The notes beneath the pieces were generated by a model, which searched no databases, was not told the DNA's origin, and saw only the letters and a program-made list of their open reading frames with translations. Shown in pieces: positions 1 to 13,255 of a stretch of 64,000 nt of DNA; the first letter of the stretch is position 1; each line of letters opens with the position of its first letter. The position numbers and the translations under genes were made by a program. Origin of the DNA: Octopus sinensis (taxonomy: Eukaryota); the NCBI RefSeq assembly GCF_006345805.1, contig NC_042997.1, positions 10,354,001 through 10,418,000 of the forward strand, read 5' to 3'.

Positions 1-1258
1 ATTATATAACGCATATATTATTACAACACTCAAGAAATTGTAAACTTTGATATCCAGTCATATATACAAGTGTGTGTGTGTGTGTGTGTGTGTGAGTGTG
101 TGTGTGTTTATTAATATATATATATATAGACATGTGTGTGATTGTGTGTATGAATATATATATGTGTGTGTATATGTGTATGTATATAGGTGTGTGAGTA
201 TGTGTGCTTAAAAGTTACTAACTGTTATTACATACCATCATGTCTTCTCAAAGTTCACACAAATTAATAACGTAATATAAATACACTTAAGCACAAACAT
301 ACGTATACAAACAGCGTAACAGACTGGCACATAAACATTTAAAGTTCCTTAAACAAACTAATACAAAATATATTGGTATTTATTTAATAGAATTACACTG
401 AACATAAAATACATTTTGCGAGAAAATTTAATCTAAAATCTTAATATGATTATGCATTAATTTACCATGTGAACATTCCTCAAACATTTCTAATAACTTT
501 ACACAAATATTGTAAAACACACTTTAACAGACTCATGCAAATACAATCATACACAACCAAACATTCACACATATAGATACAACATAACTAAGAGAGAAAC
601 ATAGACATTAAATTCACGCTAAAATGAAGCATCGGCTGCATTTTTCTCACTTCGATTAGTTCAATAGAAATAACACCTCCCCAATCCTACTACCTACTTG
701 GCTAGTTTTTGATCTTCCTGCACTTTGAATATAATCGTATTTGTTTCTTTACCTAGTCACCACATCCTTTCAATAAACTTCAACCTTAATAATAAGATAT
801 TTACTGCTCAAGAATAACCATACTGATATGCAATTTTAATAGCGATGATAGTTTTGTATCCTGTTATGTGTTTTTAATAATGAGGCTTTTCATTTAACAC
901 GATATATACGTTAGAAAGAAAAAAAGAGCGCACTCTTTGAATAAACCGACATGCGAAACTTCAAGTATCAGTTAAAAGGACATTTATAAAGTATATGTAT
1001 ATATGCGTTTGTCTGAGAGTTTGTGACTGTTGTTTCTTGTCATGACATTAAAAAAATTGTGCATACATGAAACAGTAGATCAATAGGTTTTATAGTGTCT
1101 TAGCTTATTTTTTCTAAGATAAAACTTTATTGAGTGTTAATACCGAGTTTTATATATTCAAAGATCGGGGAAACGAATCTCAACAGTATGCATATATATG
1201 TGTGTGTGTATGTGTGTGTGTGTGTGTGTGTGGTGTGTGTGTGTGTGTGTGTGTGTGT

Positions 1259-1574
1259 GGAGGCGCAATGGCCCAGTGATTAGGGCACCGGACTTGCAGT
1301 CGGAGGATCGCGGTTTCGATTCCCAGACCGGGCGTTGTGTGTGTTTATTGAGCGAAGACACCTAAAGCTCCACGAGGATCCGGCGGTGGGGTGGGGTGGG
1401 GTCTCCTGTTGTACTCTTTCGCCCCAACTTTCTCTCACACTCTCTTCCTGTTTCTTCAGTAACGCTGCGATGGACTGCCGTCCAGCCCAGCTAGGGGGAA
1501 TACATACGCCAGAGAAACTGGGAAACAGGGCCCATGAGCCTGGCTAGGCTTGAAAAGGGCGCATAAATAAATAA

Positions 1575-1580
<6 letters not shown>
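1259..1580 (+). mobile_element. tRNA-derived SINE (family A, OR-like head)
   Basis: Head GGAGGCGCAATGGCCCAGTG... with Pol III A box and B box (GTTTCGATTCC). Near-identical head and core at 16308, 18392, 17330(-) and 24520(-). Ends in (TAAA)n. Confidence 0.85.
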
Positions 1581-1666
<86 letters not shown>

Positions 1667-1989
1667 GAAGGGATGTGCGCGTGTTTGCGTGTATGTGCTC
1701 ATATATCCATACAGACAAAGCTTATCTCTATATAATGAGATTGTTTGCTAGGAAAACCTTTGGGAACCGTGTAGAGCAAGTTGAACATGAAAGGTAACAC
1801 CACAGTTAAGAAGGCTGAAATCTGCAACATCGTGAAGTACGGTTGTCTAAAGTAGACGAATGCTCTGAAAACCATTCTCTAAGTACATGTTGTCCTAGGC
1901 TTATAGCAGTTGCAGAAAATATAGTGATCAATAGCATTCAATACAGGGAACTGTCTGCTTATCTGAGGGTCAGATCTCAAAAGAAAGCC

Positions 1990-2200
1990 ACCAAAGCAAT
2001 ATAAAGGACGCTATTTTACAAGGTATCGTACATACATAACCATCACTGCCAGAGAGCTAGAAACTACGAACCGCAGTCTAGAGAGAAAGTTACTGCATTC
2101 GAATGTGAGAATTTGCAAAAAGCTACCTGAGACTATCACATGAGCTGTATCAATCAAAGAGAAACAGGCTTTCAAATGCCTCGGAAATACCATCGAAGTC
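1990..2200 (+). mobile_element. highly decayed RTE-like LINE RT fragments
   Basis: Short motifs EKVTAFECE and EKQAFKCLGNTIE resemble RTE RT C-terminal motifs (AFEMWC; FKYLGS). Many stops. Confidence 0.3.
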
Positions 2201-2362
2201 AATCGTGTATTCATGTGTGTGTAAGCGCGTCTGTGTGAGTGTGAATGAGTGTGTGCGTGTGCGTTTGGGAATACGGTGTGAATGTTTACGTGCACACAAA
2301 CACACATATATATGCATATATGTATATATGTACATATATGTAGGTACATACATACACACACA

Positions 2363-2402
<40 letters not shown>

Positions 2403-2446
2403 ACACCACACACACACACACACCACACCCACACACACACACATAT

Positions 2447-2490
<44 letters not shown>

Positions 2491-2636
2491 ATATCGAAGG
2501 TATGAAATGTATTGACCTCAAGAAGACCCAAAGTTGTCAGATAATGTTGAGTAAGTGCTTTAGAAAGACTACAATTAAGCTCTAACTTCGATGATTATAA
2601 GAATGAGGAGTCCAACATAGGTCGTATATTAGCATG

Positions 2637-2683
<47 letters not shown>

Positions 2684-2706
2684 ATATGTATATAAATATA
2701 TATATG

Positions 2707-2744
<38 letters not shown>

Positions 2745-2759
2745 AATAAATTAACAGAA

Positions 2760-3260
2760 TGAGATAAAAAACCAAGCCTGGGAATAGTTTTCAGAATATA
2801 TCTAAAGAGAATGTCTTACAGCTGTTTCCGAGATATCTTATATATCCCTTCATCAGAGACGGTGCGAGAAAATGTTTAAGTAATAGTTATAGAGAAGATA
2901 TGAAATACAGAGTGAAGTAAAGGAATGAAAACAGACGTGAGATACATAAGGATATCGTATTTGTAGTTCCATTATTTAAACAGAATGGTGTATATATATA
3001 AGTTTCCTGTACCTTATGCGTGAGTTCCATTGGTGCTTATAATTGGTCATTCCAAGCATAGAGGCTTGTAAACTGCGTATTTAATACAGATTGTTGTTAA
3101 CTTTCTTCCTACACCTCGATCCCTGGGTCTTACATTCGTTTATATCTTGGACCACGATGTATAGCTATATTCGAATGAAACGGAAAATTAAGGACAATGA
3201 AGCACGTAATACTGTTCAACAAAAAATATAAGAAAATAGATACGTGTTGACTTCAATTTG
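2760..3260 (-). mobile_element. Penelope-like element 3' remnant
   Basis: Contains the hammerhead motif. A degenerate upstream peptide (..IKYAVYKPL..) is reminiscent of the GIY-YIG C-terminus FI..YKP.LN. Confidence 0.55.
2813..2860 (-). ncRNA. minimal type I hammerhead ribozyme in a Penelope-like terminal repeat
   Basis: Minus strand reads GUCU-CUGAUGA-A-GGGAUAU-auaag-AUAUCUC-G-GAAA-CAGCUG-UA-AGAC. Stem I is GUCU/AGAC, both core boxes are present, stem II has 7 bp, and stem III is short and palindromic. Confidence 0.75.
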
Positions 3261-3821
3261 GTGCAGTAAAAACAACTACAGATAGTATTATTGAGTATAA
3301 ATAAATACAGGTGGGACATTCTTCAGAATAGAAATTAAATGTGAGAGAGGCAGAAAGGAAATATAGAGATGGAAATAGGTGTAAGATGAATGAAAACAGG
3401 TAACAAGAGAGAAAGGGAAAGAAATAAGTAGCTAAATGAATACGACAGGTAATACGAACTGTGATGAAACATTGGTTTAAGAACGTGTGAACTAGACGAA
3501 GAGTGAGAAAGAGTATGTGAGGAAAAACTAAGATAGCATTAGCCAAGTAACACCATCAGTGCAAGAAAATAGCTGTTGAATGAATGTAAAATTATGGGAG
3601 AGAAACAAATAGGAAAATGAAGAGATATGGAAGAGGAATTAGGATATTAGCGCAGATAACAAGAGGAGAAAGACAGTGTAGATGGGAAAAAAAAAGGAGA
3701 TCGATGACGGAAAGGTGCAATGGACAGAGTGAAAAACAAAAGGTATTTATAAATGAGTAATATACGAAAGTGTGTGTAAAAATGTATGCACTTAAAATAA
3801 AAATGAAACCACATGCTGACA

Positions 3822-4232
3822 GCACCGCGTATCTGGTATCCGTGCTAGTGGAGTGTTAAGAGCACCATCCGAGCGTGGTCGTAAAACGTACCATTCGAGC
3901 GTGATCATTACCAGCCGGTGGTACGTGAAAAACAACTTTCGAGCGAGGTCATTGCCAGTGCCGCTGGACTGGCTCCTGTGCAGGAGGAACGTAAAAAACA
4001 CCATTTGAGCGTGGCCGTTATCAGTACCGCCTGACTGGCCCTCGTGCCGGTGGCACATAAAAGCACCCACTACACTCTCGGAGTGGTTGGCGTTAGGAAG
4101 GGCATCCAGTTGTAGAAACTCTGCCAGATAAGATTGGAGCCTGGTGCAGCCATCTGGTTCGCCAGTCCTCAGTCAAACCGTCCAGCCCATGCTAGCATGG
4201 AAAGCAGACTTTAAACGATGATGATGATGATG
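3822..4232 (+). mobile_element. non-autonomous retroelement/SINE with internal tandem subrepeats and (GAT)n tail
   Basis: GC-rich island with repeated GAGCGTG... units, the motif GGTTGGCGTTAGGAAGGGCATCCAG, and an end of TTAAACGATGATGATG typical of RTE-mobilised elements. Confidence 0.65.
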
Positions 4233-4537
4233 CATCTGTGTATGCATATATGTCTGAAGGTGTGATTCAGTGATTCTTTACATAGTCTGAAAAGCGATAA
4301 TTTTGTTTATGTTCTGAAATGTAAGAGTAGTGAAAATGCGCTTAGATAAAACAAAATACGCACTGGACTAAATTTGATATGAAGGACTCAAATTTTCATT
4401 ATGATATTTCAGCATGATCTGAATCAGATGACTATAGATAGAAATAAAGATAAAACTACATTTTGATGGAAATGGGACGAACAATGTATGTATCACATAG
4501 ACTAGTAATTTTATCTTACGCTTATGTATATATGTAT

Positions 4538-4583
<46 letters not shown>

Positions 4584-4701
4584 ATTCAAAATGGGGTGAT
4601 TACATCAAATAACCCCATTTTGAATATATGGATAATACCATGCTAAATTCTGGTGCCTTTAACTTAAGTACCATATTCACTGAATCTAAATTTTACTGAA
4701 C

Positions 4702-4761
<60 letters not shown>

Positions 4762-4764
<3 letters not shown>

Positions 4765-5277
4765 CGTGGAAAAATGCGAGCATGATAAGTTATATTCTTA
4801 AGATTATAAACCTGGAAAAGTACAGGTCAAGTTTTTACACCTGTAAAAGTATAGGACAAGCTATTACTTGTAGTAAAGTAAAGAATAAGAAACGTTTTAC
4901 TTAAAATATTGCAGCAAAGAATGCCAGTTCTTCTAATTTATCACTCTTTACAGTTCTCTTCTTTTAAATGCATTGTACTAAACTGTTCAGATAATTTGTA
5001 TGATTGTCTAATTAGTCACTTTTTTCTGTATTTAAGATAGTAACTTAGGCAAGTTCTACTTAAATAAGTATAGTGTTATTTGTAAACTATGATAAAATTA
5101 GCTGCAATATTTTAAGCAAAAAGTTTCTTATTCTTTACTTTACTAGAAGTAATAGCTTGTCTTATACCTTTACAGGTGTAATAACGCTGTCCTGTACTTT
5201 TCCAGGTTTATAAACTTGAGAATATTTCTTTTCATGCTCCCATTTTCCCATGTAATCCTTGATTTTTCCAGGCATTG
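4762..5277. mobile_element. fold-back MITE with long TIRs
   Basis: About 150-bp inverted arms (4762-4915 vs 5100-5255). Right terminus TTTTTCCAGGCATTG. Related to the element at 44219. Confidence 0.75.
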
Positions 5278-6157
5278 CTATTATAAGATAATTAGTAACG
5301 TGTCAATTAATAATTTAAGATTTTAACCTATAAAATACTGAAAGATAATATTTCAATTTTTCAATAGAAGTTATGATAATAATTCAGTTTTTTCATGTTT
5401 AATTTAAATATATGTTGTGATTGAATTATTTGATATTACCCATCCACACTAAATTAATGGCAGTGTATTTTAGCATGTTGGTTGCACCATGGCTCACCAA
5501 AAGTTAAAAACAAGACGCCAAAACCATCAGTATCAGGATCACCTTAAGTAACCTAAGTTTGCAATATTAGGTCACAGAAATTCATTCAACGAAAAAATAA
5601 TTCCAATGATTCCGGGATTTGGGCTCCCCTACACCTTATTTTTCCGAACCAAAATAAGGGATTTGCAGTATATTAGGAGGTCATGTCAGGGTACTTGATT
5701 CCACGCAAAAAATAATTTTTTCCTTAGTGAATATCGTGTGGGTGTTAATATAGACATTGACCATAACGTTGTTATTTAACCCCAAATCAACCCTGATACT
5801 GCAAAAATATCTTCAAAGACATTCCAGCCTTCAGCAAACCGTTTTTTTAGGGATAATCTAGGACATTACAACAATGAGCGTGTGATTTAGGTAGGAGGAT
5901 ACTTTGACTGCTATTTTTAGAGTGTCGAGTGACCAGGTAGAGGCTGTTTCATTGGTTTGATTGCATGATAAGATTTATTTACACATATATGTAATATGTA
6001 TATATATATCATTGGCAGAAGTTGAGAGTAAGTCAAAAGCTGAGAGTTTCGTGTACTGGCACTTACCAAACACGAATTTGTCCATTGTCACTCTGTAACT
6101 TCAGACGAAATACCTTCTAAAAATACAAAATTTTGTCAAAAACGTTAATATATATAT

Positions 6158-6709
6158 GGTGACTGCCCCCTCGTTATCGAGTATGACCATTGCACGAAAC
6201 TTAATCAATGTTGTTATCGTGCAATGCCTGTGCAAGAAGATTTTTTTTAAGTGAGGAAAGGCTGTGCACTGAGTCAATCCCACTCATTAAGCAACAGCAG
6301 CCACAATCCGAAAAGAAGAACAATTCAACATCATCGGTAACCACTGAGCCGCAGGTTTTACGTCGGAGTTATCCCAGTTACCCGAGTTACCTTCTCCTAG
6401 AAGGATGCCCTAACAAAGGCTAGGAGTCCTTCACTCCCAATGGTTTAACCGCGCGATTGGGTATTCTGTCCGATTATCTCTATGTCCCCGCGCATGATAC
6501 AGCCTTAAGACATTTATTGGATGGCCGTTGACTCTCAAAGAGTTCCTCCGCCCTTTGACGGGGTTTTGTTTTTCATCCTGCAGGGTGACCAATAAACACC
6601 CTCCTCACCAAGCATGCTTGGTGGGGTTGCCGGTTTAGTCGCCGACGACTCGACCATGCAGCAGGTTGTACTGGGTTACATGTTACCAGTAGCACTCGAA
6701 AGTGACCTG

Positions 6710-6712
<3 letters not shown>
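6158..6712 (-). mobile_element. non-autonomous RTE-related element inserted in (TA)n
   Basis: GC-rich and non-coding. The minus-strand motif GGGCATCCTTCTAGGAGAAGGTAACTC resembles RTE 5'UTRs. Flanked by TA repeats. Confidence 0.55.
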
Positions 6713-6784
<72 letters not shown>

Positions 6785-6879
6785 GTATATACGTATATAT
6801 GTATATACGTATATATGTATATACGTACACAAACACGCACACACATATATATATATATATGTGTGTGTGTGTGTATATG

Positions 6880-6939
<60 letters not shown>

Positions 6940-7205
6940 CATAAATGTATGGATGTATTTATGTGTTCAGATGTTTATAATACGTTCTTGCACGTACAGT
7001 GTGAATGGCATCTGCTGCGGCATATTGTCTTTTGCTAAGTTCAATCTCACCTCGTTTCTCTAGAACAAGACTTAAATATGCGTTCCCATATCTGTTTAGA
7101 ACTAAACAAAGCAAAGCATTAGATGAGGAATGTTAAGGCTTGCCAATTTGGAATTAGGCACAAGAATTTAAGGTGTCTATTGCTGAGGAGGCGAAATTAC
7201 TCAAA

Positions 7206-7430
7206 TATTTACTAAAAGGACAATTACAAGAATATACATACCTGTATAACATATTATGCTTTACATATAAAATATATAAAGATACCAGTAATTATAAAAA
7301 TATATAACACAGAGAAATAGAAATTATGTTTTATATTTTTATAATTACTGGTGTCTTTATATATTTTATATGTAAAGCATAATATGTTATACATGTCTGT
7401 ATATTCTTGTAATAGTCATTTTAGTAAATA
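7206..7430. repeat. fold-back inverted repeat (~100-bp arms, ~18-nt loop), MITE-like
   Basis: TATTTACTAAAAGGACAATTACAAGAATATAC... pairs with ...GTATATTCTTGTAATAGTCATTTTAGTAAATA. Confidence 0.85.
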
Positions 7431-7692
7431 CGTAAATAAATTGACATAATATAATGTCTAAAAGTTGACGAAACACCTGTTGATCCCCACCATTTTCTTA
7501 TTGCTCCATAAAATAATGGTAAAATAACTCTTTACTCTCACCCATTTATTATACTCGGTAATGGAATTGCAATGCAATAAAAAAACACATGCGTATTGAT
7601 AATTGGGTAATCTACCAGCAGTATATTGGATAGATATTATCCCTTAGTTGGTTGGCTTCACAACCTCTTTCTTGGAAATATATATATATATG

Positions 7693-7729
<37 letters not shown>

Positions 7730-7774
7730 ATGTATTGATGTATATATATATATATATATTATATATATATATTA

Positions 7775-8004
7775 GGCGACGAGCTCGCAGAAACGTTAGT
7801 ACGCCGGGCGAAATGCGTAGCCGTATTTCGTCTGCCGTTACATTCTGAGTTCAAATTCCGCCGAGGTCGACTTTGCCTTTCATCCTTTCGGGGTCGATTA
7901 AATAAGTACCAGTTACGCACTGGGGTCGATATAATCGACTTAATCCGTTTGTCTGTCCTTGTTTGTCCCCTCTGTGTTTAGCCCCTTGTGGGTAGTAAAG
8001 AAAT
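7775..8004 (+). mobile_element. tRNA-derived SINE (family B, Meta-domain-like)
   Basis: B box GAGTTCAAATTCC and central GCCTTTCATCCTTTCGGGGTCGAT..AAGTACC resembling the MetaSINE domain. Many copies in the window. Confidence 0.85.
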
Positions 8005-8528
8005 ATATATATATATATATATATAAATATATTTGCATATATGTGCAGTGTGCATGTGTGAGCATTATAAATACTTTCTAGCATAGGTATAGTTCAATGA
8101 TACAATTGCATTTAGAAAAGTTTGTGCATATTGAAGTATCGATATTATTTTAAGTTAAATTACGGGTATAAAATAAACTTTACTCACTTACATAAAATAC
8201 CGAATGTTCTTAAAAGCGAAAAAAAAAAGACGAAAGAATGAAAATAGATAAGAAGCAAGGAAATAAGGAATGAGAAAGTGCAAAATTTTGTGTGATAGGA
8301 AAATAATTACATGGTAATATAATATAGTAATGTACACATATATATATGTGTTACATATGCACTCAAACGCTCTCACTTTCTCCTTCACTCTGTCCATACA
8401 AACATATATCCATACATACATACGTATATGTGTATATATAATATATATAAATATACATATATACATACACACACATACATATAAACACACACATATATAT
8501 ATATATATGTATGCATGTATGTATATAT

Positions 8529-8564
<36 letters not shown>

Positions 8565-8613
8565 GATAGATAGATAGATATATATATATATATAGATAGA
8601 TAGATAGATAGAT

Positions 8614-8697
<84 letters not shown>

Positions 8698-8902
8698 GAT
8701 ATATACAATATCTGAAGGGAAACAAATAGAAAGACTGTATATATTTATAGTTCATTGTATGTGCATGCAATCGGTTTATATATACGTGTTTGTGCATATA
8801 TATGTGCGTGTGTATATATATATATACGTATTTACATAGATATTATATATATATATGTATGTATGCACGCATGTATGTATATTCTTATAACAGTCGACAC
8901 GC

Positions 8903-8934
<32 letters not shown>

Positions 8935-10939
8935 GCGTGTCTGCATGTATGTATTTGCATTTGTGTGTGTCTGTGTATGTGTGAAAAAAGTTTAAATTAG
9001 TTGAGATTTGAAACATCAGGAATGTAGATTGAAATCTAATCTGTCACTTTGTATTTACTTTGCTTTCTCTTGCGTCGTTGATGATTAAAATTCTATATAG
9101 TAGAGAAATGTTTACCTCGCTGCGATAAAAAAAATATTAATGTTGAGTTTGTAGATTCTCCAGGAGAAACGTAAACACCATAGCAGTACATCTATTCTGT
9201 TTGAGTTTTCAATTAGGTATCCATATTGGATTTTTTGTTTCTTACACATAGTACATCTCTATTGTAAAGTCTGTATTTCATTTGTGTATGAATCGAATAC
9301 AGATTGCTTTTATGGTTCAAATTCAGTACGCTTTCCCATATTTGATTTAGTATGCTGCGGAGAGAAGTAACAATTGAATGATTTGTGATTTTCTATGCTA
9401 TAGACTATATTGATTACTCTCAGGTTTAAATTTATAGGACTGCTGATCTGTACGTTTGAGAAGTGCAAGCAGATTTTTATGAGCATTAATGACTTAAGAG
9501 ATGTCAAATAAAGTGAAACTTAGAAACTGGGAGCTAAATCTGATACTTAATGTAGTGCTTATGAACAATGAAACTCAACATACCAGTGTATGCGCGTTCA
9601 GAACTATATCTCTGTACATCTTTCACCTAACCGAGATTTTATTTTGAGAACTTTCTGACTAATATCTGATTCACACATTGTTTATTGTCTACTCACACGA
9701 AGTATTTTTTCATCCCGTCTCACAGCCTTCCTCCTTTCCTCATATGTGCGTGCACATGTATGTTTGCGTGTATGGCTGTGTGCGAGTCTGTTTGCATACG
9801 AGTGTTTGTATAACTATGTGGTCATCATCTTTGAGTAGAGTTACAGGAAGACTTCACACTTTTAGATGAACGGAGCAATGCTCATAGCTGCTTTAAGAGT
9901 GTTAACAGAGTAGCTGAAACGCAAATATCTTCGACGTTAAGTTGAAAATTCAGCGGAAACATACCCCTCGAGATCTTTACTTAGCCGTTAACGTTCAAAA
10001 GCAATTTAGGCAAAAATTTGGTTTCTTTGCATTTCCTGAAAATCCTTCTTTTGTTTGACACAAGGAAAGCTGTATCGTTTCTTTCTTTTACTATGGTGAC
10101 GTTTGAAATTCATGATTTATTACTGAAGACAAAATGTTCTATATTTCAGGGGAGGTCAGATATGAATTATGATGTCCCTTTGAAGTGTGGAAACAACAAT
10201 CTCGGGCTACCTGGAAGTCATATCTTAGTATGCACTCTCCACTACCACATTTTCTATAAATAATAGTAAAATGGTCACCAACATCCTTGGTGCAATAACT
10301 GAAGAAATAGTGATACGAACAACCATTGTCAAAATTACTATTATTGATAGAAAACTGTAAGGGAGACAATCCCAGCAGTTTCCTTAATCATAGATGGCAA
10401 ATTTGCACAATCATAAGAATTTCCGACTAAAAAACAACTTTGTTATATTTTTCCGTTTTATATTTTGATTTATTTTTAGCTCATGCAGTCGACTTCAATT
10501 TATCAATTGCAGGTATCTGTAGTTGATAAATAAAGCAGTAGACTTGTGAAATCGTTAGAGGACGCGATGTCTTGCGATGATTCTTTCTGCTCTGTGCTTT
10601 CTGAGTGAAAATCCTACCGTGTTAAACTTTATCCCCTCACCAGTTTAACACCAAAGAGTTCTTCTGTAGGGGATTTAGCTCTGGTTTAGGTTACCTTCTT
10701 GTCTTCCTCACACCCGCTCATAAACCATGAAAAGGAAAGGGTTCTGAGCCCCGTACTACCTCCTAAATAAATGTTTAGAAAAGAAGTAAAATTAAATATG
10801 GAATGTAATGAGCACATTGTATTATCTATAGTAACACGATGACAGCCTCAAACATGATCTATCTGTTATTGCAAAGCTTAGTTGATAAGAGTATATACTA
10901 TTTCTGTAATTAAATGCAAATTGACATTATAATATTGCG

Positions 10940-11145
10940 TTCAACAATAGGCACAGGATGTGAAATTTTGGAGAAGGCTTGTCGGTTACATCGACTCCAG
11001 TGCTCAACTGATATCGACTACGAAAACGTGAAGAGCAAACATGACTTCGACGGAATTTGAGCTTAGTACATAGAGCTGCAAGAAATGTTGCTAAGCGTTT
11101 CATCCGGCGTGCCAACGATTCTATTCTGCCAGTTAACTGCCTTAA
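10940..11145 (-). mobile_element. SINE family B, diverged copy
   Basis: Reverse-complement similarity to the 7775 family. Confidence 0.65.
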
Positions 11146-11605
11146 AGTAGCATTGTTATTACTGACGAAAATACCAAGGGACTTAAGTTTTCAGGTCGCA
11201 GACGTCCGTGAGCATTTTCACCTTTCATTCCACTAATAATGTTCATTACTTAGGTACAAATATAGTTTTCGTGGAAGAAGATTTGTCCTGAATATATCTA
11301 ATCCAGCATATAATTGATTCGTATTTTAGCTCCAAGGCCAATACTTATAACGAGTATTTTGTATGTATATTATTGGTTATTATTGATTGTACTTTTTATG
11401 ATGATGGGAAAATGATGAGTAGCTCCTGGCCAGTTTAAATTCTATTGTGAGACACCAAACGAAATGCCACAAGGCATATAGTCCGAAAAGCATCTATTTC
11501 TGTCAATACATTAGATGCATACTATTGATTGGCGCCAGTCGGTTTGTTTAAAATTTTATGAAACCAACACACAAATGTATGTGAGATATTATGCATGTGT
11601 GAATA

Positions 11606-11646
<41 letters not shown>

Positions 11647-12247
11647 TATGTGTGTTGTTGATATGTATTCATATGTGTATGTGTAAGTATGTATACCTGT
11701 ATGTGTGTGTGTTTATAGATATAAATGTGTATTTCTTCGAGAAATTTTGCTGTCAAGTATATGCTTCTATGCGCATGTACTATATGGAATTTGTGAATCG
11801 TTAGAATATTGGCTAGAATGCTTGTTGGTATTTGTTTGTCCCAAGTTCATATCCCGCTCTTGTCGACAGTCCCTTTAATCTTTTCGGGGTCAGTAAACAA
11901 GAACTAATTCAGCATGGTTAATCGGCAGAACAGCTAACACGTAGAAAGCAATGCCTTGTGTTTCTGCGTTCTGAATTCAAATTCCATCGTGTCCTATTTG
12001 GGTAGTAGATTAAATCTGATGCCCGGTTTAATACCACCACTAAGTATTCCGGTCGCTTTCAGAAAAGGGGTCTATTCTGATGCAAGCATTCTGGCCAGGG
12101 CTTCGGTTTGAGTATACCTACTTACCTCCTCCAGTCTTGGAAGCTCTCATAAATATCAAGGGCATTGACTGCCTTCTAGTCTAAAAGATAAAAGAAAATA
12201 TGTGAGCGTATATCTATACATGCGTATATATGCTAGTGCAATCTGAG

Positions 12248-12879
12248 GACATTCACCGAGAGTGATTAAAATCAAACATCCAGTCAACATCATAGTGTTT
12301 GGAGTGACCACAAGTGATGGCGACGTTATGCCCCCATTCATCTTTCCACATGGCATCAGACGCAACACGGAGACCTACATCAAATGCATGGAGGAGGTAG
12401 TGCTGCCCTGGGCCAAGAGGGTGGCTGCTGCTGGAAGACCCTATATCTGGCAAAAGGACTCTGCACCATTCCACACATGCAGGAGAACCCATTCATGGCT
12501 ATCAGACAATTTCTGCGACAGCACCCCTAACATCTGGCCACCTAACTCCCCAGACTGCAACCCCCTTGATTATTATATATGAGGCTGAGTCGAGCGAGAG
12601 ACCAACAAAACTCCTTGTAACACCAAAGATGAACTGAAGGCAAGGGTTATGGCAACATTCACCAGCTTAAACAAGGAGACCGCCCAGAAGAGTTGCAGTT
12701 GATTCCGAAGTCGTCTGCAGGCCGTGATTGAAGCCAATAGCAATATTATTGAATAACTTTACTCTTTAGTATTTCAAGATAATTTAATGTAATTTTGGTA
12801 AAAATATTTGTTAAAATGAGATGTTAGTGTTATTTTCTTTTTTGCATATTTAAACGACAACATATTCACCGCACCCTAT
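12248..12879 (+). mobile_element. Tc1/mariner superfamily (DD37D/maT-like) transposase remnant with right end
   Basis: ORF 12262-12582 has WQKDSAPFH...WPPNSPDCNPLDY, with 36 residues between the 2nd and 3rd Asp in this copy. Ends ...CACCGCACCCTATA. Confidence 0.85.
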
Positions 12880-13255
12880 ATATTAGCGACAAAGGTAGTA
12901 TTAGTACTGAGAGGTAATATTTATACCCACTTAAACGTGTATGTTCTGTTAGAACAAACTATACTGCGGTAGAGAGAAACCATGGGTGGAACTCTCATAA
13001 TGGCTTTTGGTGCAAAACTCACCCTTGTTTATATCGCTAGCGGAGAGATAAATGCCCGTCTCCTCCAGAGCCGAAACCACGAAATCACGTGATTTCAACG
13101 TTCCTTAGTCTTGTAAATGATGGACCTTCGACCGCTAGAAATAGCAGCGGCTCATCTCTTCGCCACTGATGTATAGAATAACAGTGCCCGAACTGGTGCT
13201 GCCGTCGCGATAGCCAGGAATTTAATGTCATTTTCTATACTTGGACTGTAAAATA

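Noticed and set aside
670-860. Possible minus-strand exon with AG/GT ends
   Set aside because: In-frame stops and no recognisable similarity.
2011-2585. ORFs rich in YI, CV and HT repeats (also at 6.6-9, 16-20, 48 and 63 kb)
   Set aside because: These are translations of (TA)n, (TG)n and (CATA)n microsatellites, which lack stops.
3850-4070. CRISPR-like repeat/spacer array
   Set aside because: Units are degenerate and unequal, the spacers resemble each other, there are no cas genes and the context is eukaryotic.
10139-10369. Cys-rich ORF with a plausible acceptor
   Set aside because: Isolated, weak donor, no recognisable motif and no partner exons found.
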